DNA from: Campylobacterota bacterium
Lineage (GTDB): Bacteria > Babelota > Babeliae > Babelales > RVW-14
Direction of reading: 5' to 3'
DNA: 64,000 nucleotides
Assembly (NCBI GenBank): GCA_020633995.1
Contig: JACKCO010000004.1
Location: 90,928 to 154,927, forward strand
Of this stretch, positions 19,752 through 31,505 are shown piece by piece. The position numbers and the translations under genes are program-made. The notes under the pieces were generated by a model. It ran no database searches, was not told the DNA's origin, and worked only from the letters and a program-made list of their open reading frames with translations. The number at the start of each line of letters is the position of its first letter. The first letter of the stretch is position 1.

Positions 19752-20633
19752 ATGACAGATCGCTGGAAGCAAAAAACTGTATCCAAAGATGTTATTTTCG
19801 AGGGCATTGGTGTTCACACGGGGCAGCCCTCAACGGTGTGGGTTAAGCCGGCCATTGAAAATGCCGGCATTACGATTGTTAACGTTGATTTGCATGATGA
19901 ACCACTTGTTATTGGTAGTGTTGTGCCTGAAGTTGCTATGCATGCAACGGTGTTAAAGTCAAAGCGTTGGATGATCAGCACGATAGAGCATTTAATGGCG
20001 GCACTTGGGCAGCTTGGTGTTGATAATGCAGTTATTGAAATTAAAGGGTATGAAGTTCCTATTTTGGACGGAAGTTCTTTGCCCTTTGTTCAGGGTATAC
20101 AGCAAACTGGGTTGGTTGCGCAGAATGCTGCAAAAAAAATCATTACGCCTAAACAAGAATTAAGCATACAAGACAAACATGGTCGCTCGATCTGTATTAC
20201 ACCCGTTCAAAAGCTACCCAGTCAGGGTGCAAGTCTGGTGAGTGTTGACTATGAGGCTGAATTTGCCGATCCGAGTTTAGGTAGTCCACATTTTAAGGCT
20301 GCAATTACAGCTGACTGCTTTGCACGTGAACTTGCACCTGCCCGAACCTTTGGATTTATGCACCAGCTGCCGTTGCTTCGTCAGCATGGTCTTGCCCAAG
20401 GTACATCGCTAGGTAATACCGTGGTAGCGGGTAAAGACGGTCTGCTTAATGATATGCGTATTGCAGATGAGTGTGTCAAGCACAAGGTGCTTGATCTTCT
20501 GGGAGATTTGGCCCTACTTGGGTGCCAGCTGGCAGGTACCATTAAAGCAAAAAAGACAGGTCATAGCTTTAACCGTCTTGTTGTAGAACATTTTATTCGT
20601 TACCCTGAGCAGTGGCGTCTGCTTAACTCTTGA
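19752..20633 (+). CDS. lpxC: UDP-3-O-acyl-N-acetylglucosamine deacetylase
   Basis: TIEHLMAALGQLGVDNAVIEI.G.EVPILDGSS and HKVLDLLGDLALLG motifs. Confidence 0.93.
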   Translation: MTDRWKQKTVSKDVIFEGIGVHTGQPSTVWVKPAIENAGITIVNVDLHDEPLVIGSVVPEVAMHATVLKSKRWMISTIEHLMAALGQLGVDNAVIEIKGYEVPILDGSSLPFVQGIQQTGLVAQNAAKKIITPKQELSIQDKHGRSICITPVQKLPSQGASLVSVDYEAEFADPSLGSPHFKAAITADCFARELAPARTFGFMHQLPLLRQHGLAQGTSLGNTVVAGKDGLLNDMRIADECVKHKVLDLLGDLALLGCQLAGTIKAKKTGHSFNRLVVEHFIRYPEQWRLLNS

Positions 20634-20703
20634 GTGCGTTCCTCCTTTTTTTATACACTGACCAGTTGTAGCGTCAGTAGTTTTGAAATTTTTGGAGCGT
20701 GCC

Positions 20704-23700
20704 ATGATGTCGTTTGTGGGTAAAAAATTTCTATTATTTTCATCGTTATGCTGTTTTTTGTTTAGTTCATTATTTGCGGGTGAGATAAAGTTTACACTGG
20801 TGTCAAACAACGTGTTGCACCAAACGCCTTTACAAAATTATGGGAAAGGTGTTACACATCTGTTGTCGGGGGTGCTGAGTGAAACTTCAAGACTTAGCTA
20901 TATTGATTCTTATCAGGACAAATTTAAAGAAGCTCAAATCGTTTGTTTGCAAGAAGATCAAGGGGGAACGTTTTCTGGCAAAATACAATCGCTAAAGCCT
21001 GGTGTATTTCAGTTAATTAAGCAAAATCCGAATGCAGATGTAGCAATCATTTATGATAAGACTGTTTTTGAGATTGTTGGTGAAGTCAGCTATGGTTTTG
21101 CATCAAGCGGTTTTAATGAAGGACCTTATGTGCTTGTTACGCTTAGGCATAAAGTAACTGGTAAACAAGTTGCAGTTATTAATACTCATTTGAAAGGTGG
21201 CCCTGGGTATTCTGGTCAAGCGAATAGCTACGTGAAGTTACGTATAGATCAGATAAACACGATTAAAACTAAGATTCCTTCAGATATGCCGACAGTATTG
21301 TGTGGAGATTTTAATCTTAATGCAAGCCCTGCTCAATATGATGAGTTCATGCAGGCTACGCAGCTTTCAATATTAGGATTTTCTAATGTTGATGAGAAGT
21401 TACAGACGCCTTCATGTACGGTAAGAGTTTCTCCGGTGAAAGACCCTACTGATCAGCCACAGCGTCTTGATTATATCTTTTACAAAGGCATGCAAAAAGA
21501 AGAAGGTAGTTTTACAACATTTCCTACCTTCGATCAATTGATTAGTCACAAAACAGCATTTCAGCATTATGGGTATCATTCTGATCATGCTATCATGAAA
21601 GTTACGTTTTCTATAGATCTGCCAGCAGCGGGAACAACGGGAACCACCGAAAGTTTTAATGATCCCAATAATTACTATGCTGTGTTAGGTATACCAAATG
21701 ATTCTTCTAAAGATACTATAAGAAAAGCCTATAAAAAGCTTTCTGTGAAATATCATCCTGACAAGCATAAAGATGAAAGTGAAAAGTATACAGAAATATT
21801 TAAGATCATCAAAAATGCCTATGACAAGCTTATAGAAGCAATAGAAAACCCAAAAAATGTTGATCATGGCAAGCAATCTCCACCGCAGCCAACAGGACAG
21901 GGGGCAGCGTTGGTTTTTAACATTGTTTCGCATAACGTTTTGTCTCAGCAACGTTATGATTCTTATTTTCAAGAGTGGCGTTATGTGAGCGGGTGGTTTG
22001 GTTCACCGTTGCAAAGTTATTGGCAGCAGGTAGCCAATCCTCCGGTTAGCCAAAAGGAGAGATTAGGCTTACTTAACCGCTATCACTCTGCGAGATTTTC
22101 TTCGGCAGATATTATATGTTTGCAGGATGATGATAATCAATATTTTGCGGAAAATATTAATTATTCGCCCCAAACCTTTGCTTATGTAGGTAACAATAAA
22201 AAGTTGGTTGTACTTAATAAGACAAATGTATTTGATCTTATTAATTCTATAGCATACGACTTGGATGGTGAGTTTGAGTCACTCTATTGTCTTTTTCAGC
22301 ATAAGGCAACAGGTCATAGACTTGGGGTTTTAAATATTCTAGTTAGCACGCTCAACAAACATTTAGTGGGTAGCTATGTAAATCAGATACTATACTATCT
22401 ACAACATTGGCTAGTGCAAAGTCACAGTATTATTGTTTGTGGTGATTTTGGTGTGCATGCAAATCAGGCTTCATTTAATTGGAAGAACGCGGAAGCAGCC
22501 TTACTTTCGAAGCAGTATACTTTTTGTGTGAATGGTAATTTTGCATTTAAATCATTTTTCAACAACAAACCATTACAAGCAGAGCCATATGAGCAATGGG
22601 TTGATCATGTATGCTGCAAGGGTTTAGCGCAGGAAGGTTTTAGTATGGTTCCTCTTCCTAACTCTTTGATAAGGCTTCCATATTTTTATTGGGATGGTGT
22701 AAAGTATGAGAAAACATGGAGTAATCGCGATGTCATCCTCGAGAATATTAAGCATCATTCTGATCATGCTATTGTGAGTGCTAGGTTTAGTTTTCCGAAG
22801 TCCTCAGCTCAACAGTCAGGGTCTTGGTCATCACCAGGGGGAGCTAGTTCGCCTCCACCATCATCAGCAAAACCAAAGAGCTCGAGCCCCCCTCCAAAAA
22901 GTAGTTCAGCTTCGGCCAAAGGAGCTGCCGCTTCATCAAAATCGGGCGCAGCTCAACTTTCTCCAGCGACGAGCCTTTTGCAGGTTATGAAGCTTAAGAT
23001 GCTCAAGTTAATGTCAACTGTTGCTCTTCCATCATCAGCGTCAGGTGCTGGCTCAGGAGCGAGTTCTTTTAAAAAAGAGACTCGGGATGAAAAAGCTAAG
23101 TATATGCATACGATTCTTAACAATGTTTTGGTTATTGTTGTTGAAAATGACATTACAAAGTTTAGTTTTGACAACTGGCAGAAAGCTGCAATTGTCAATG
23201 CAGCAAATACGGGGCTACAAGGAGGTGGCGGCGTCGACGGTGCAATTCATAAGGCGGCAGGGCAATATCCGGATCCTAAAGACACCAAAAAATTTAAATC
23301 TAAATTAGCTGCAGCTGGCAAGTTTGATGTTGGAGGTAGTGAGGTTAGTAGTGGCAAGACAGGTGAGGCGTACATTTCTGACGCATGTGATCTTGGTACG
23401 GGTCAAAAGGAAGTGGCGCAATATGTTATTCATGCGATTGGGCCCATGGGTGAAGATCCTGTTGCTTTAAAATCTGCCTACACACGATCACTCCAGCTTG
23501 CTCAGCAAAAGGGATTGACTGAAATTTGTTTTCCGGGTATTAGCACAGGTATCTTTGGGTACTCCGTTGAAAAGGCGACGCCCGTTGCGTTGGATGCTAT
23601 AGATGCATTTTTAAGGGCGAATAAAACAACCACATTGCGTAGAATTTATTTGATAGCACAAAAAGGTGAGCAGGCGTGGATTAATGCATTTAAAAAGGCG

Positions 23701-23733
23701 CTTAGTGCTCATGGGTCCTTTAGCCTGACTTAG
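20704..23733 (+). CDS. secreted multidomain protein: EEP domain - J domain - degenerate EEP domain - Ser/Pro/Ala linker - macro domain
   Basis: SD GGAG 6 nt upstream of the ATG at 20704. Signal peptide MMSFVGKKFLLFSSLCCFLFSSLFAG. EEP1 ~20783-21612 (CLQE, NTHL, GDFN, SDH). J domain ~21673-21845 (YYAVLGI...KYHPDK, HPD at 21754-21762). EEP2 ~21907-22794 (CLQD, GDFG, SDH). Low-complexity linker ~22795-23070. Macro domain ~23100-23733 (IVNAAN...GGGGVDGAIHKAAG, VIHAIGP, ISTGIFGY). Confidence 0.85.
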   Translation: MMSFVGKKFLLFSSLCCFLFSSLFAGEIKFTLVSNNVLHQTPLQNYGKGVTHLLSGVLSETSRLSYIDSYQDKFKEAQIVCLQEDQGGTFSGKIQSLKPGVFQLIKQNPNADVAIIYDKTVFEIVGEVSYGFASSGFNEGPYVLVTLRHKVTGKQVAVINTHLKGGPGYSGQANSYVKLRIDQINTIKTKIPSDMPTVLCGDFNLNASPAQYDEFMQATQLSILGFSNVDEKLQTPSCTVRVSPVKDPTDQPQRLDYIFYKGMQKEEGSFTTFPTFDQLISHKTAFQHYGYHSDHAIMKVTFSIDLPAAGTTGTTESFNDPNNYYAVLGIPNDSSKDTIRKAYKKLSVKYHPDKHKDESEKYTEIFKIIKNAYDKLIEAIENPKNVDHGKQSPPQPTGQGAALVFNIVSHNVLSQQRYDSYFQEWRYVSGWFGSPLQSYWQQVANPPVSQKERLGLLNRYHSARFSSADIICLQDDDNQYFAENINYSPQTFAYVGNNKKLVVLNKTNVFDLINSIAYDLDGEFESLYCLFQHKATGHRLGVLNILVSTLNKHLVGSYVNQILYYLQHWLVQSHSIIVCGDFGVHANQASFNWKNAEAALLSKQYTFCVNGNFAFKSFFNNKPLQAEPYEQWVDHVCCKGLAQEGFSMVPLPNSLIRLPYFYWDGVKYEKTWSNRDVILENIKHHSDHAIVSARFSFPKSSAQQSGSWSSPGGASSPPPSSAKPKSSSPPPKSSSASAKGAAASSKSGAAQLSPATSLLQVMKLKMLKLMSTVALPSSASGAGSGASSFKKETRDEKAKYMHTILNNVLVIVVENDITKFSFDNWQKAAIVNAANTGLQGGGGVDGAIHKAAGQYPDPKDTKKFKSKLAAAGKFDVGGSEVSSGKTGEAYISDACDLGTGQKEVAQYVIHAIGPMGEDPVALKSAYTRSLQLAQQKGLTEICFPGISTGIFGYSVEKATPVALDAIDAFLRANKTTTLRRIYLIAQKGEQAWINAFKKALSAHGSFSLT

Positions 23734-24005
23734 GTTTTGTTATTGATTTATACATAGATTATATCTTCTATTGGGGCGAAAATATTAAGTGTGTTACATT
23801 TGATCAGTATCCTGGAAAGGTACAAGATCTCATTGACGACAGAGCAAAAACTACACCGAAGTCGGTACAGTTTTACTCTGATCATTGTGCCCTGAAAGCA
23901 GTATTTGAATTTGACAAGGTTACTTTAAGTCCAGTCAATCAGCTATTGCAGCTAATGAAGCTTAAGCATCTTAAGCTTATGACGGCCATTATTGGTAAGG
24001 CCTAG
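23724..24005 (+). pseudogene. start-less relic of the C-terminal third of an EEP domain plus an LLQxMKLKxLKLM tail
   Basis: Open frame with no usable start codon. It translates to ...IDYIFYWGENIKCVTFDQYPGK...FYSDHCALKAVFEFDKVTLSPVNQLLQLMKLKHLKLMTAIIGKA*, which parallels RLDYIFYKG...YHSDHAIMKVTFSI and SPATSLLQVMKLKMLKLMSTVA of the upstream gene. Confidence 0.6.
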
Positions 24006-24008
24006 TTG

Positions 24009-25211
24009 CTAGCTCCAGAGTGAAACAATTTTTTGGTACAGCTTCGAAAGATGCCCGCCAAAAAGCAGTCTGACGTCTTTGTAGGTCAAGTAGATGAATA
24101 GGCCTATAAAGAGCGCCCATGATGCAAGGTTGATGCTTAGCTTGACAATCTCTGGAATTTTGCGTCGTGTGACTGCCTCAACAGTTGCAAAAAGCAGCTG
24201 TCCACCGTCAAGTGCTCCGATTGGCAACAGGTTAAGCAGTGCTAGGTTGATGCTGATGATCGCCAAAAACATCAAAAATGATTGTAGTCCCATCTGTGCT
24301 GAGCTAAATGAATGTGAAATAATCATTACTGGACCACCAGCACCTTCCAGGCGCTGAGTAATGACTTGTTTTACGCTGTAGGCAATGTCTTTGATCCAGC
24401 CGTTGGTTACCTGGATGCCCATAGCAACCGCTTGAAAAAATGGTAAGCGTGGCGTTGGTATTGAGGTCATGGCTCCAAGTACGCCGATCTCTTTGCCCTG
24501 TGATGGTTTGCTGCCAATTAGACCTTTAAGGTCAAGTGAGGCATCACCTCGATTGATATGTAAAATAATTTGTTTGCCTGGATTCGCTTGAATGCTTTGG
24601 ATGAATGATTTTTGCGTGCTATGCAGATCTGTTGCCGAGATTTCTTCAAAATTGTGATGACTGAGTACATTTTCTTCCGTTTTTACGTCTTCTGCTGGAA
24701 TAATGTCGACGGATAGGATGTGGTCGCCCCCACGCAGGCCTATAGATTCAGCGGCAGAGTCTTTGCTTACCGAGGCAACGGTGAGCGATGGCTTGCTGGC
24801 TGTACCCAGTAAAAAGATTGTTGTAAATAGGATATACGCAAGCAGCATATTAAAAATAATACCACCACACAGGACGAGCACTTTCTGCCAGTACGGTTTT
24901 TTATCAAACGATGTGTCATCTTGTACCGTTGCGTGTGCTTGTTCGCCTTGCCCTACTTCGGCAAGGCCAGCGATTTCAACGTAGCCACCAAGAGGTATAA
25001 GCGCGAGTCGAAAGCTTGTGTCCCCGATTTTTTTGCTGATTAACTCCGGACCGAAGCCTATAGAAAATGTTGGGGTGTGAATGCCAAAAAGTTTGCAGAA
25101 AATGAAGTGCCCGCATTCGTGAATTGCAATGAGTAGACTCAGCCCCAAAATAGCACTAAAGAGAGGAATAATTTTGCTGCTAACAAAGAGTGGCAGTGCA
25201 TTAAGAAACAT
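24009..25211 (-). CDS. rseP: RIP zinc metalloprotease RseP (site-2 protease, M50)
   Basis: HECGHFIFCKLFG (HExxH) in TM1, central PDZ-like region, C-terminal NLLPIGALDGG motif. Confidence 0.92.
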   Translation of the reverse strand: MFLNALPLFVSSKIIPLFSAILGLSLLIAIHECGHFIFCKLFGIHTPTFSIGFGPELISKKIGDTSFRLALIPLGGYVEIAGLAEVGQGEQAHATVQDDTSFDKKPYWQKVLVLCGGIIFNMLLAYILFTTIFLLGTASKPSLTVASVSKDSAAESIGLRGGDHILSVDIIPAEDVKTEENVLSHHNFEEISATDLHSTQKSFIQSIQANPGKQIILHINRGDASLDLKGLIGSKPSQGKEIGVLGAMTSIPTPRLPFFQAVAMGIQVTNGWIKDIAYSVKQVITQRLEGAGGPVMIISHSFSSAQMGLQSFLMFLAIISINLALLNLLPIGALDGGQLLFATVEAVTRRKIPEIVKLSINLASWALFIGLFIYLTYKDVRLLFGGHLSKLYQKIVSLWS

Positions 25212-25405
25212 GATTTTCCTTTAGTAAGAAATTTATTACAAAAAGATTAAACTTACTAGAAAGTGTATCAAAAAGTTCACGTTTTTACACGTTTTGTAAA
25301 AGAAATGTTGATTACGACTGATTGAGGGCAAAATTTGCATATTTGTGCATTTTTGTAATGAGGTCAGAGAGAAATATTCCCGAAATTATTTGTCTGAGTA
25401 TATTT

Positions 25406-25435
25406 TTGCTTGAAAAAAATGTAAAAAAATATAAA
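25406..25435 (+). promoter_or_regulatory. possible sigma70-type promoter (TTGCTT-18 nt-TATAAA) in the rseP/rpsL divergent spacer
   Basis: Hexamers read directly from the sequence. The AT-rich context makes chance matches likely. Confidence 0.25.
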
Positions 25436-25592
25436 ATCGTAAACAGCCATTTACTTTTTGATATGCATATTGAGTTTTTCATGGCTCCTCAATTATTGCT
25501 TAGGGATCATGCATTTTTACGGTCATTGAGGTAATACGCAATAAATATATATACACCGACCCTAAAATTATTTACTGTGTGTAAATTGGGTT

Positions 25593-25633
25593 CGCAAATG
25601 CGGCAGGTGCAGCGTTTGCGGCTAGTTTTTTTT
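25593..25633 (+). terminator. terminator/attenuator-like hairpin plus T8 run 40 nt upstream of rpsL
   Basis: cgcaaatgc / gcgtttgcg 9-bp stem (one G-U), 10-nt loop, then gctag and tttttttt. Confidence 0.35.
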
Positions 25634-25673
25634 GGAGTATTAGATTTTAAGGTTAAATTTTAAGGTTTAAACT

Positions 25674-26060
25674 ATGCCAACGATTAACCAGCTCGTTCGT
25701 TCAGGACGATCAAAGAAGATAGAGAAAACAAAGTCCCCGGCGCTGAATAGGTGTCCGTTAAGACGTGGTGTTTGTGTTCGTGTGTACACGACAACGCCAA
25801 GAAAGCCTAACTCTGCGTTGCGTAAGGTAGCGCGTGTTAAGTTGACAACCGGAAAAGAGGTAACGGCCTACATTCCAGGTGAAGGACACAACTTGCAGGA
25901 GCACTCGATCGTTTTGATACGTGGTGGCCGAGTGAAGGATTTGCCGGGTGTTCGTTATCATATTGTACGGGGTACTCTTGACGCAGCTGGTGTTGATGCG
26001 AGAAAGCAAAGTCGTTCGTTGTATGGTGCTAAGCGTAAGAAAGTGAGTGCAAATGCCTAG
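25674..26060 (+). CDS. rpsL: 30S ribosomal protein S12
   Basis: MPTINQL..., [17 protein letters not shown] canonical S12. Confidence 0.97.
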   Translation: MPTINQLVRSGRSKKIEKTKSPALNRCPLRRGVCVRVYTTTPRKPNSALRKVARVKLTTGKEVTAYIPGEGHNLQEHSIVLIRGGRVKDLPGVRYHIVRGTLDAAGVDARKQSRSLYGAKRKKVSANA

Positions 26061-26535
26061 GCGTAAATCTGTAAATTTTGTCCGAGATATCGGAGTTGAC
26101 GAGCGTTTCAACTCGTACATGGTTCAAAAGCTTATTAATATGGTCATGGAGCGGGGCAAGAAAAATATTGCTCGCAATATAGTGTACGAAGCGTTTGATG
26201 TAATCGCTCAGAAAAATAGTGGCGACGATAGAAAGGCCTATGCGCTTTTTGAAAGAGCCTTGGAGCAGGTTAAGCCTGTTGTTGAGTGTAGGTCTCGACG
26301 TGTTGGGGGTGGTGTTTACCAAATTCCTGCCGAAGTGCGTCCGTCTCGAGCGCTAGCTTTAAGTTTTCGTTGGATTATAGGCGCTGCTGCTGCGCGTAAG
26401 GACAAGACCATGGGGCAACGTTTGGCAAATGAATTGCTGAATGCTGCTGAAGGTCATGGTGCTGCGGTCAAAAAGAAGAGTGATGTTCATAGAATGGCTG
26501 AAGCAAATAGGGCCTTCTCGCACTATGCATGGTAA
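26053..26535 (+). CDS. rpsG: 30S ribosomal protein S7
   Basis: MPRRKSV... start at 26053, overlapping the rpsL stop. Canonical S7 body and AHYAW end. Confidence 0.96.
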   Translation: MPRRKSVNFVRDIGVDERFNSYMVQKLINMVMERGKKNIARNIVYEAFDVIAQKNSGDDRKAYALFERALEQVKPVVECRSRRVGGGVYQIPAEVRPSRALALSFRWIIGAAAARKDKTMGQRLANELLNAAEGHGAAVKKKSDVHRMAEANRAFSHYAW

Positions 26536-26559
26536 TATTTAGGTAGGATTAGAAAAATA

Positions 26560-28635
<2,076 letters not shown>

Positions 28636-28669
28636 AATTATATTTTGGTACAGCTGGAAGGATTAAAAA

Positions 28670-29860
28670 ATGGCAAAGGGTGTATACGAAAGAAAGAAGC
28701 CACACTGTAATGTTGGAACGATTGGCCACGTTGACCATGGTAAAACAACATTGACAGCAGCAATTACTAAGGTTTTGTCTGAAAGAGGTGGGGCTGACTT
28801 TAAAGCGTATGATCAGATTGATAAGTCTCCTGAAGAAAAGGCTCGTGGTATTACCATTGCAGCAACACACGTAGAGTATGAAACTGAGAAGAGACACTAT
28901 GCTCACGTTGACTGTCCGGGTCACGCTGACTATGTAAAAAACATGATTACCGGTGCAGCACAAATGGACGGAGCTATCTTGGTTGTTTCTGCTGCTGATG
29001 GACCTATGCCGCAAACTAGAGAGCACATTCTTCTTGCAAAACAGGTTAACGTTCCTGCCATTGTTGTGTTCTTGAATAAAGCAGATATGGTTGACGATTC
29101 TGACATGATTGAGCTTGTTGAAGAAGAAGTAAGAGACCTCTTGACCAAGTATGGTTTCCCTGGAGACAAGACAGCTATCGTTAGAGGTTCTGCGCTTAAG
29201 GCACTTGAAGGCGATACAAGTGATATCGGGGCTCCAGCAATTTTGAAATTGATGGAAGCAGTAGATGCTAATATTCCTCAGCCTCAGCGAGATATTGATA
29301 AGCCAGCATTGATGCCAATTGAAGACGTATTCTCAATTTCTGGTCGTGGTACCGTTGTAACAGGACGTATTGAGTCAGGTAAAATTGCGGTCAGTAATGA
29401 AGTTGAAATTGTTGGTATTAAAGATACAACAAAGACAACCGTTACCGGTGTTGAGATGTTTAATAAAGAAATGAAAGAGGCTGAAGCTGGAGAAAACGTA
29501 GGTTTGCTTCTTCGTGGTATTAAAAAAGAAGACGTAGAGCGCGGACAGGTTATAGCTGCTCCTGGGACTATTAAGCCTCATAAGAAATTTAAAGCCCAAA
29601 TTTTTGTGTTGAAAAAAGAAGAAGGTGGCCGACACAGCCCATTCTTTGGCGGATATCGTCCACAGTTCTATTTCCGTACAACCGACGTAACAGGCTCTGT
29701 TAAGCTTCCTGAAGGCAGAGAGATGGTTATGCCTGGTGATAACGTTGAAGTAGAAGTTGAATTGATTAGCAAAATTGCTATGGACAAAGGCTTGAAGTTT
29801 GCTATCCGTGAAGGTGGCAGAACTATCGGAGCTGGATCAATTACAGAAATATTGGATTAA
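28670..29860 (+). CDS. tuf: elongation factor Tu
   Basis: 396 aa. [22 protein letters not shown] motifs. Confidence 0.98.
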   Translation: MAKGVYERKKPHCNVGTIGHVDHGKTTLTAAITKVLSERGGADFKAYDQIDKSPEEKARGITIAATHVEYETEKRHYAHVDCPGHADYVKNMITGAAQMDGAILVVSAADGPMPQTREHILLAKQVNVPAIVVFLNKADMVDDSDMIELVEEEVRDLLTKYGFPGDKTAIVRGSALKALEGDTSDIGAPAILKLMEAVDANIPQPQRDIDKPALMPIEDVFSISGRGTVVTGRIESGKIAVSNEVEIVGIKDTTKTTVTGVEMFNKEMKEAEAGENVGLLLRGIKKEDVERGQVIAAPGTIKPHKKFKAQIFVLKKEEGGRHSPFFGGYRPQFYFRTTDVTGSVKLPEGREMVMPGDNVEVEVELISKIAMDKGLKFAIREGGRTIGAGSITEILD

Positions 29861-29889
29861 CCATTTAGCCTTACTAACGATTGAACAAT

Positions 29890-30204
29890 ATGAAAAAACA
29901 TAAAATGCGTTTAACGCTTAAATCATATGATCATCAGTTGTTAGATAGTGCGGTTAAGCAAATAGTTATGACGGTAAAAAGGACAGGCTCACAAGTTGTG
30001 GGGCCTGTTCCTTTGCCAAATAAAAAGAAAATTTTTACCGTTTTACGCTCACCGCATATTGACAAGAAGTCTCGTGAACAGTTTGAACTAACTACTCACA
30101 AAAGACTTTTAGATATCATTTTTCGCGATGCTCCTGCAGAGCAAACGATGGACGCTTTAATGAAGTTAAATATTTCTGCTGGCGTTGATGTTGAAATTAA
30201 ATAG
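29890..30204 (+). CDS. rpsJ: 30S ribosomal protein S10
   Basis: [15 protein letters not shown]...GPVPLP... canonical S10. ATG at 29890 preferred over TTG at 29881. Confidence 0.95.
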   Translation: MKKHKMRLTLKSYDHQLLDSAVKQIVMTVKRTGSQVVGPVPLPNKKKIFTVLRSPHIDKKSREQFELTTHKRLLDIIFRDAPAEQTMDALMKLNISAGVDVEIK

Positions 30205-30232
30205 ATGCAATTGATGATACTGAGAATGTACT

Positions 30233-30856
30233 ATGGTATTAAATAACGCTTTAGGGAAGAAGATAGGAATGACCCAGCTTTTTAATGAGGCTGGAGATGC
30301 TATTCCCGTAACAGTTGTGAATGTAGGAAATTGGTATGTCACGCAGATAAAAACTGCGGTAAAAGATGGCTATGATGCTCTGCAAGTAGCATTGCCAAGA
30401 AAACGTTACAGAAACCAAGAATTTTCTACATCATGGCTTCATGCAAAAAAAGAATATTTTTTGCATGTTAAAGAAATTCCTATGACAGGAGAGAATGCAG
30501 CATTTGAGCTTGGACAAAAAATTACACTGCAGGATACTTCGCTGGAACAAGGCGATACTGTTGCAATAATAGGAATTAGCAAAGGCCTTGGGTTTCAGGG
30601 TGTTGTAAAACGCTGGGGTTTTTCCGGTGGCCCAGGGGGGCACGGTTCTAAATTTCATCGTATACCGGGTGCTATTGGTCACCTACGTCGTCAAGGTGAA
30701 GTTATTAAAGGGAAAAAATTACCGGGTCATATGGGCATGAAAAGGACAACTGTTAAAGGCCTAAAGATAGCTCATATTGACAAAGAAAATGGTTATGTTT
30801 TTGTTCAAGGCGCTGTCCCTGGAAAAAAAGATACGTTGATTACGATTAAAAAGTAA
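30233..30856 (+). CDS. rplC: 50S ribosomal protein L3
   Basis: [12 protein letters not shown]-terminus; [10 protein letters not shown]. Confidence 0.96.
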   Translation: MVLNNALGKKIGMTQLFNEAGDAIPVTVVNVGNWYVTQIKTAVKDGYDALQVALPRKRYRNQEFSTSWLHAKKEYFLHVKEIPMTGENAAFELGQKITLQDTSLEQGDTVAIIGISKGLGFQGVVKRWGFSGGPGGHGSKFHRIPGAIGHLRRQGEVIKGKKLPGHMGMKRTTVKGLKIAHIDKENGYVFVQGAVPGKKDTLITIKK

Positions 30857-30866
30857 GGGTCTGAGC

Positions 30867-31505
30867 ATGCTAAAAGTTTTAACATTTGATGGACAAGGAA
30901 AAGAGCAGGATGCGTTGCAACTTTCAGTAACCGTTGCTCAAAAGAAAGAAAGTCCGAAAACATTTGCAAATGCCTTGCGTGCCCTATTTTTTAGTTGGAG
31001 ACAAGGAACTGCCTGTACTAAGACACGGGGTGAGATTGCCTTTTCCAATCAGAAGCCGTGGAGACAAAAAGGTACCGGCCGTGCACGAGCTGGAACTCGT
31101 AGATCGCCAATCTGGAGAAAAGGTGGCGTAACATTTGGTCCGCAACAGAGGCCGAGAAAGCTTTCATTTAATGCAAAGCAAAAGAAGCATGTTTTGAACA
31201 ATCTTCTTTTTTCAAAAGCTGAGCAGAACGGAATCCTTTCTTTCGATTTTGTTCTTGGCGAGCAAAAGCCAAGCACAAAGAAAGCCGCAAGTTTTTTAAA
31301 GCAAGCTAATTTGTCTGATAAAAAAGTTTTGCTTTTTCTTCCATTTGCGGATGATCTCTATGTTGCATCATTTAGAAACATTCCGAATGTTAATGTTGTC
31401 TATTTTGATGAGCCCAATGTTTTTGATCTGGCAAATGCTGATTGTTGGGTGATGTTGAAAAAAGATACAAAGCTCTTTGAAGATATGGTGCAGCGATGGA
31501 ACTAA
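30867..31505 (+). CDS. rplD: 50S ribosomal protein L4
   Basis: [24 protein letters not shown] motif. Confidence 0.96.
   Translation: MLKVLTFDGQGKEQDALQLSVTVAQKKESPKTFANALRALFFSWRQGTACTKTRGEIAFSNQKPWRQKGTGRARAGTRRSPIWRKGGVTFGPQQRPRKLSFNAKQKKHVLNNLLFSKAEQNGILSFDFVLGEQKPSTKKAASFLKQANLSDKKVLLFLPFADDLYVASFRNIPNVNVVYFDEPNVFDLANADCWVMLKKDTKLFEDMVQRWN

Noticed and set aside
22795-23070. Ser/Pro/Ala-rich segment of the multidomain protein as a possible separate gene or frameshift junction
   Set aside because: The frame is continuous with intact domains on both sides, and the composition fits a flexible interdomain linker.
25322-25534. 70-aa + strand ORF in the rseP/rpsL spacer
   Set aside because: It has a TTG start without an SD, lies in an AT-rich low-complexity context and shows no recognisable motif. 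It may overlap a non-coding element instead (see the finding at 25406-25633).
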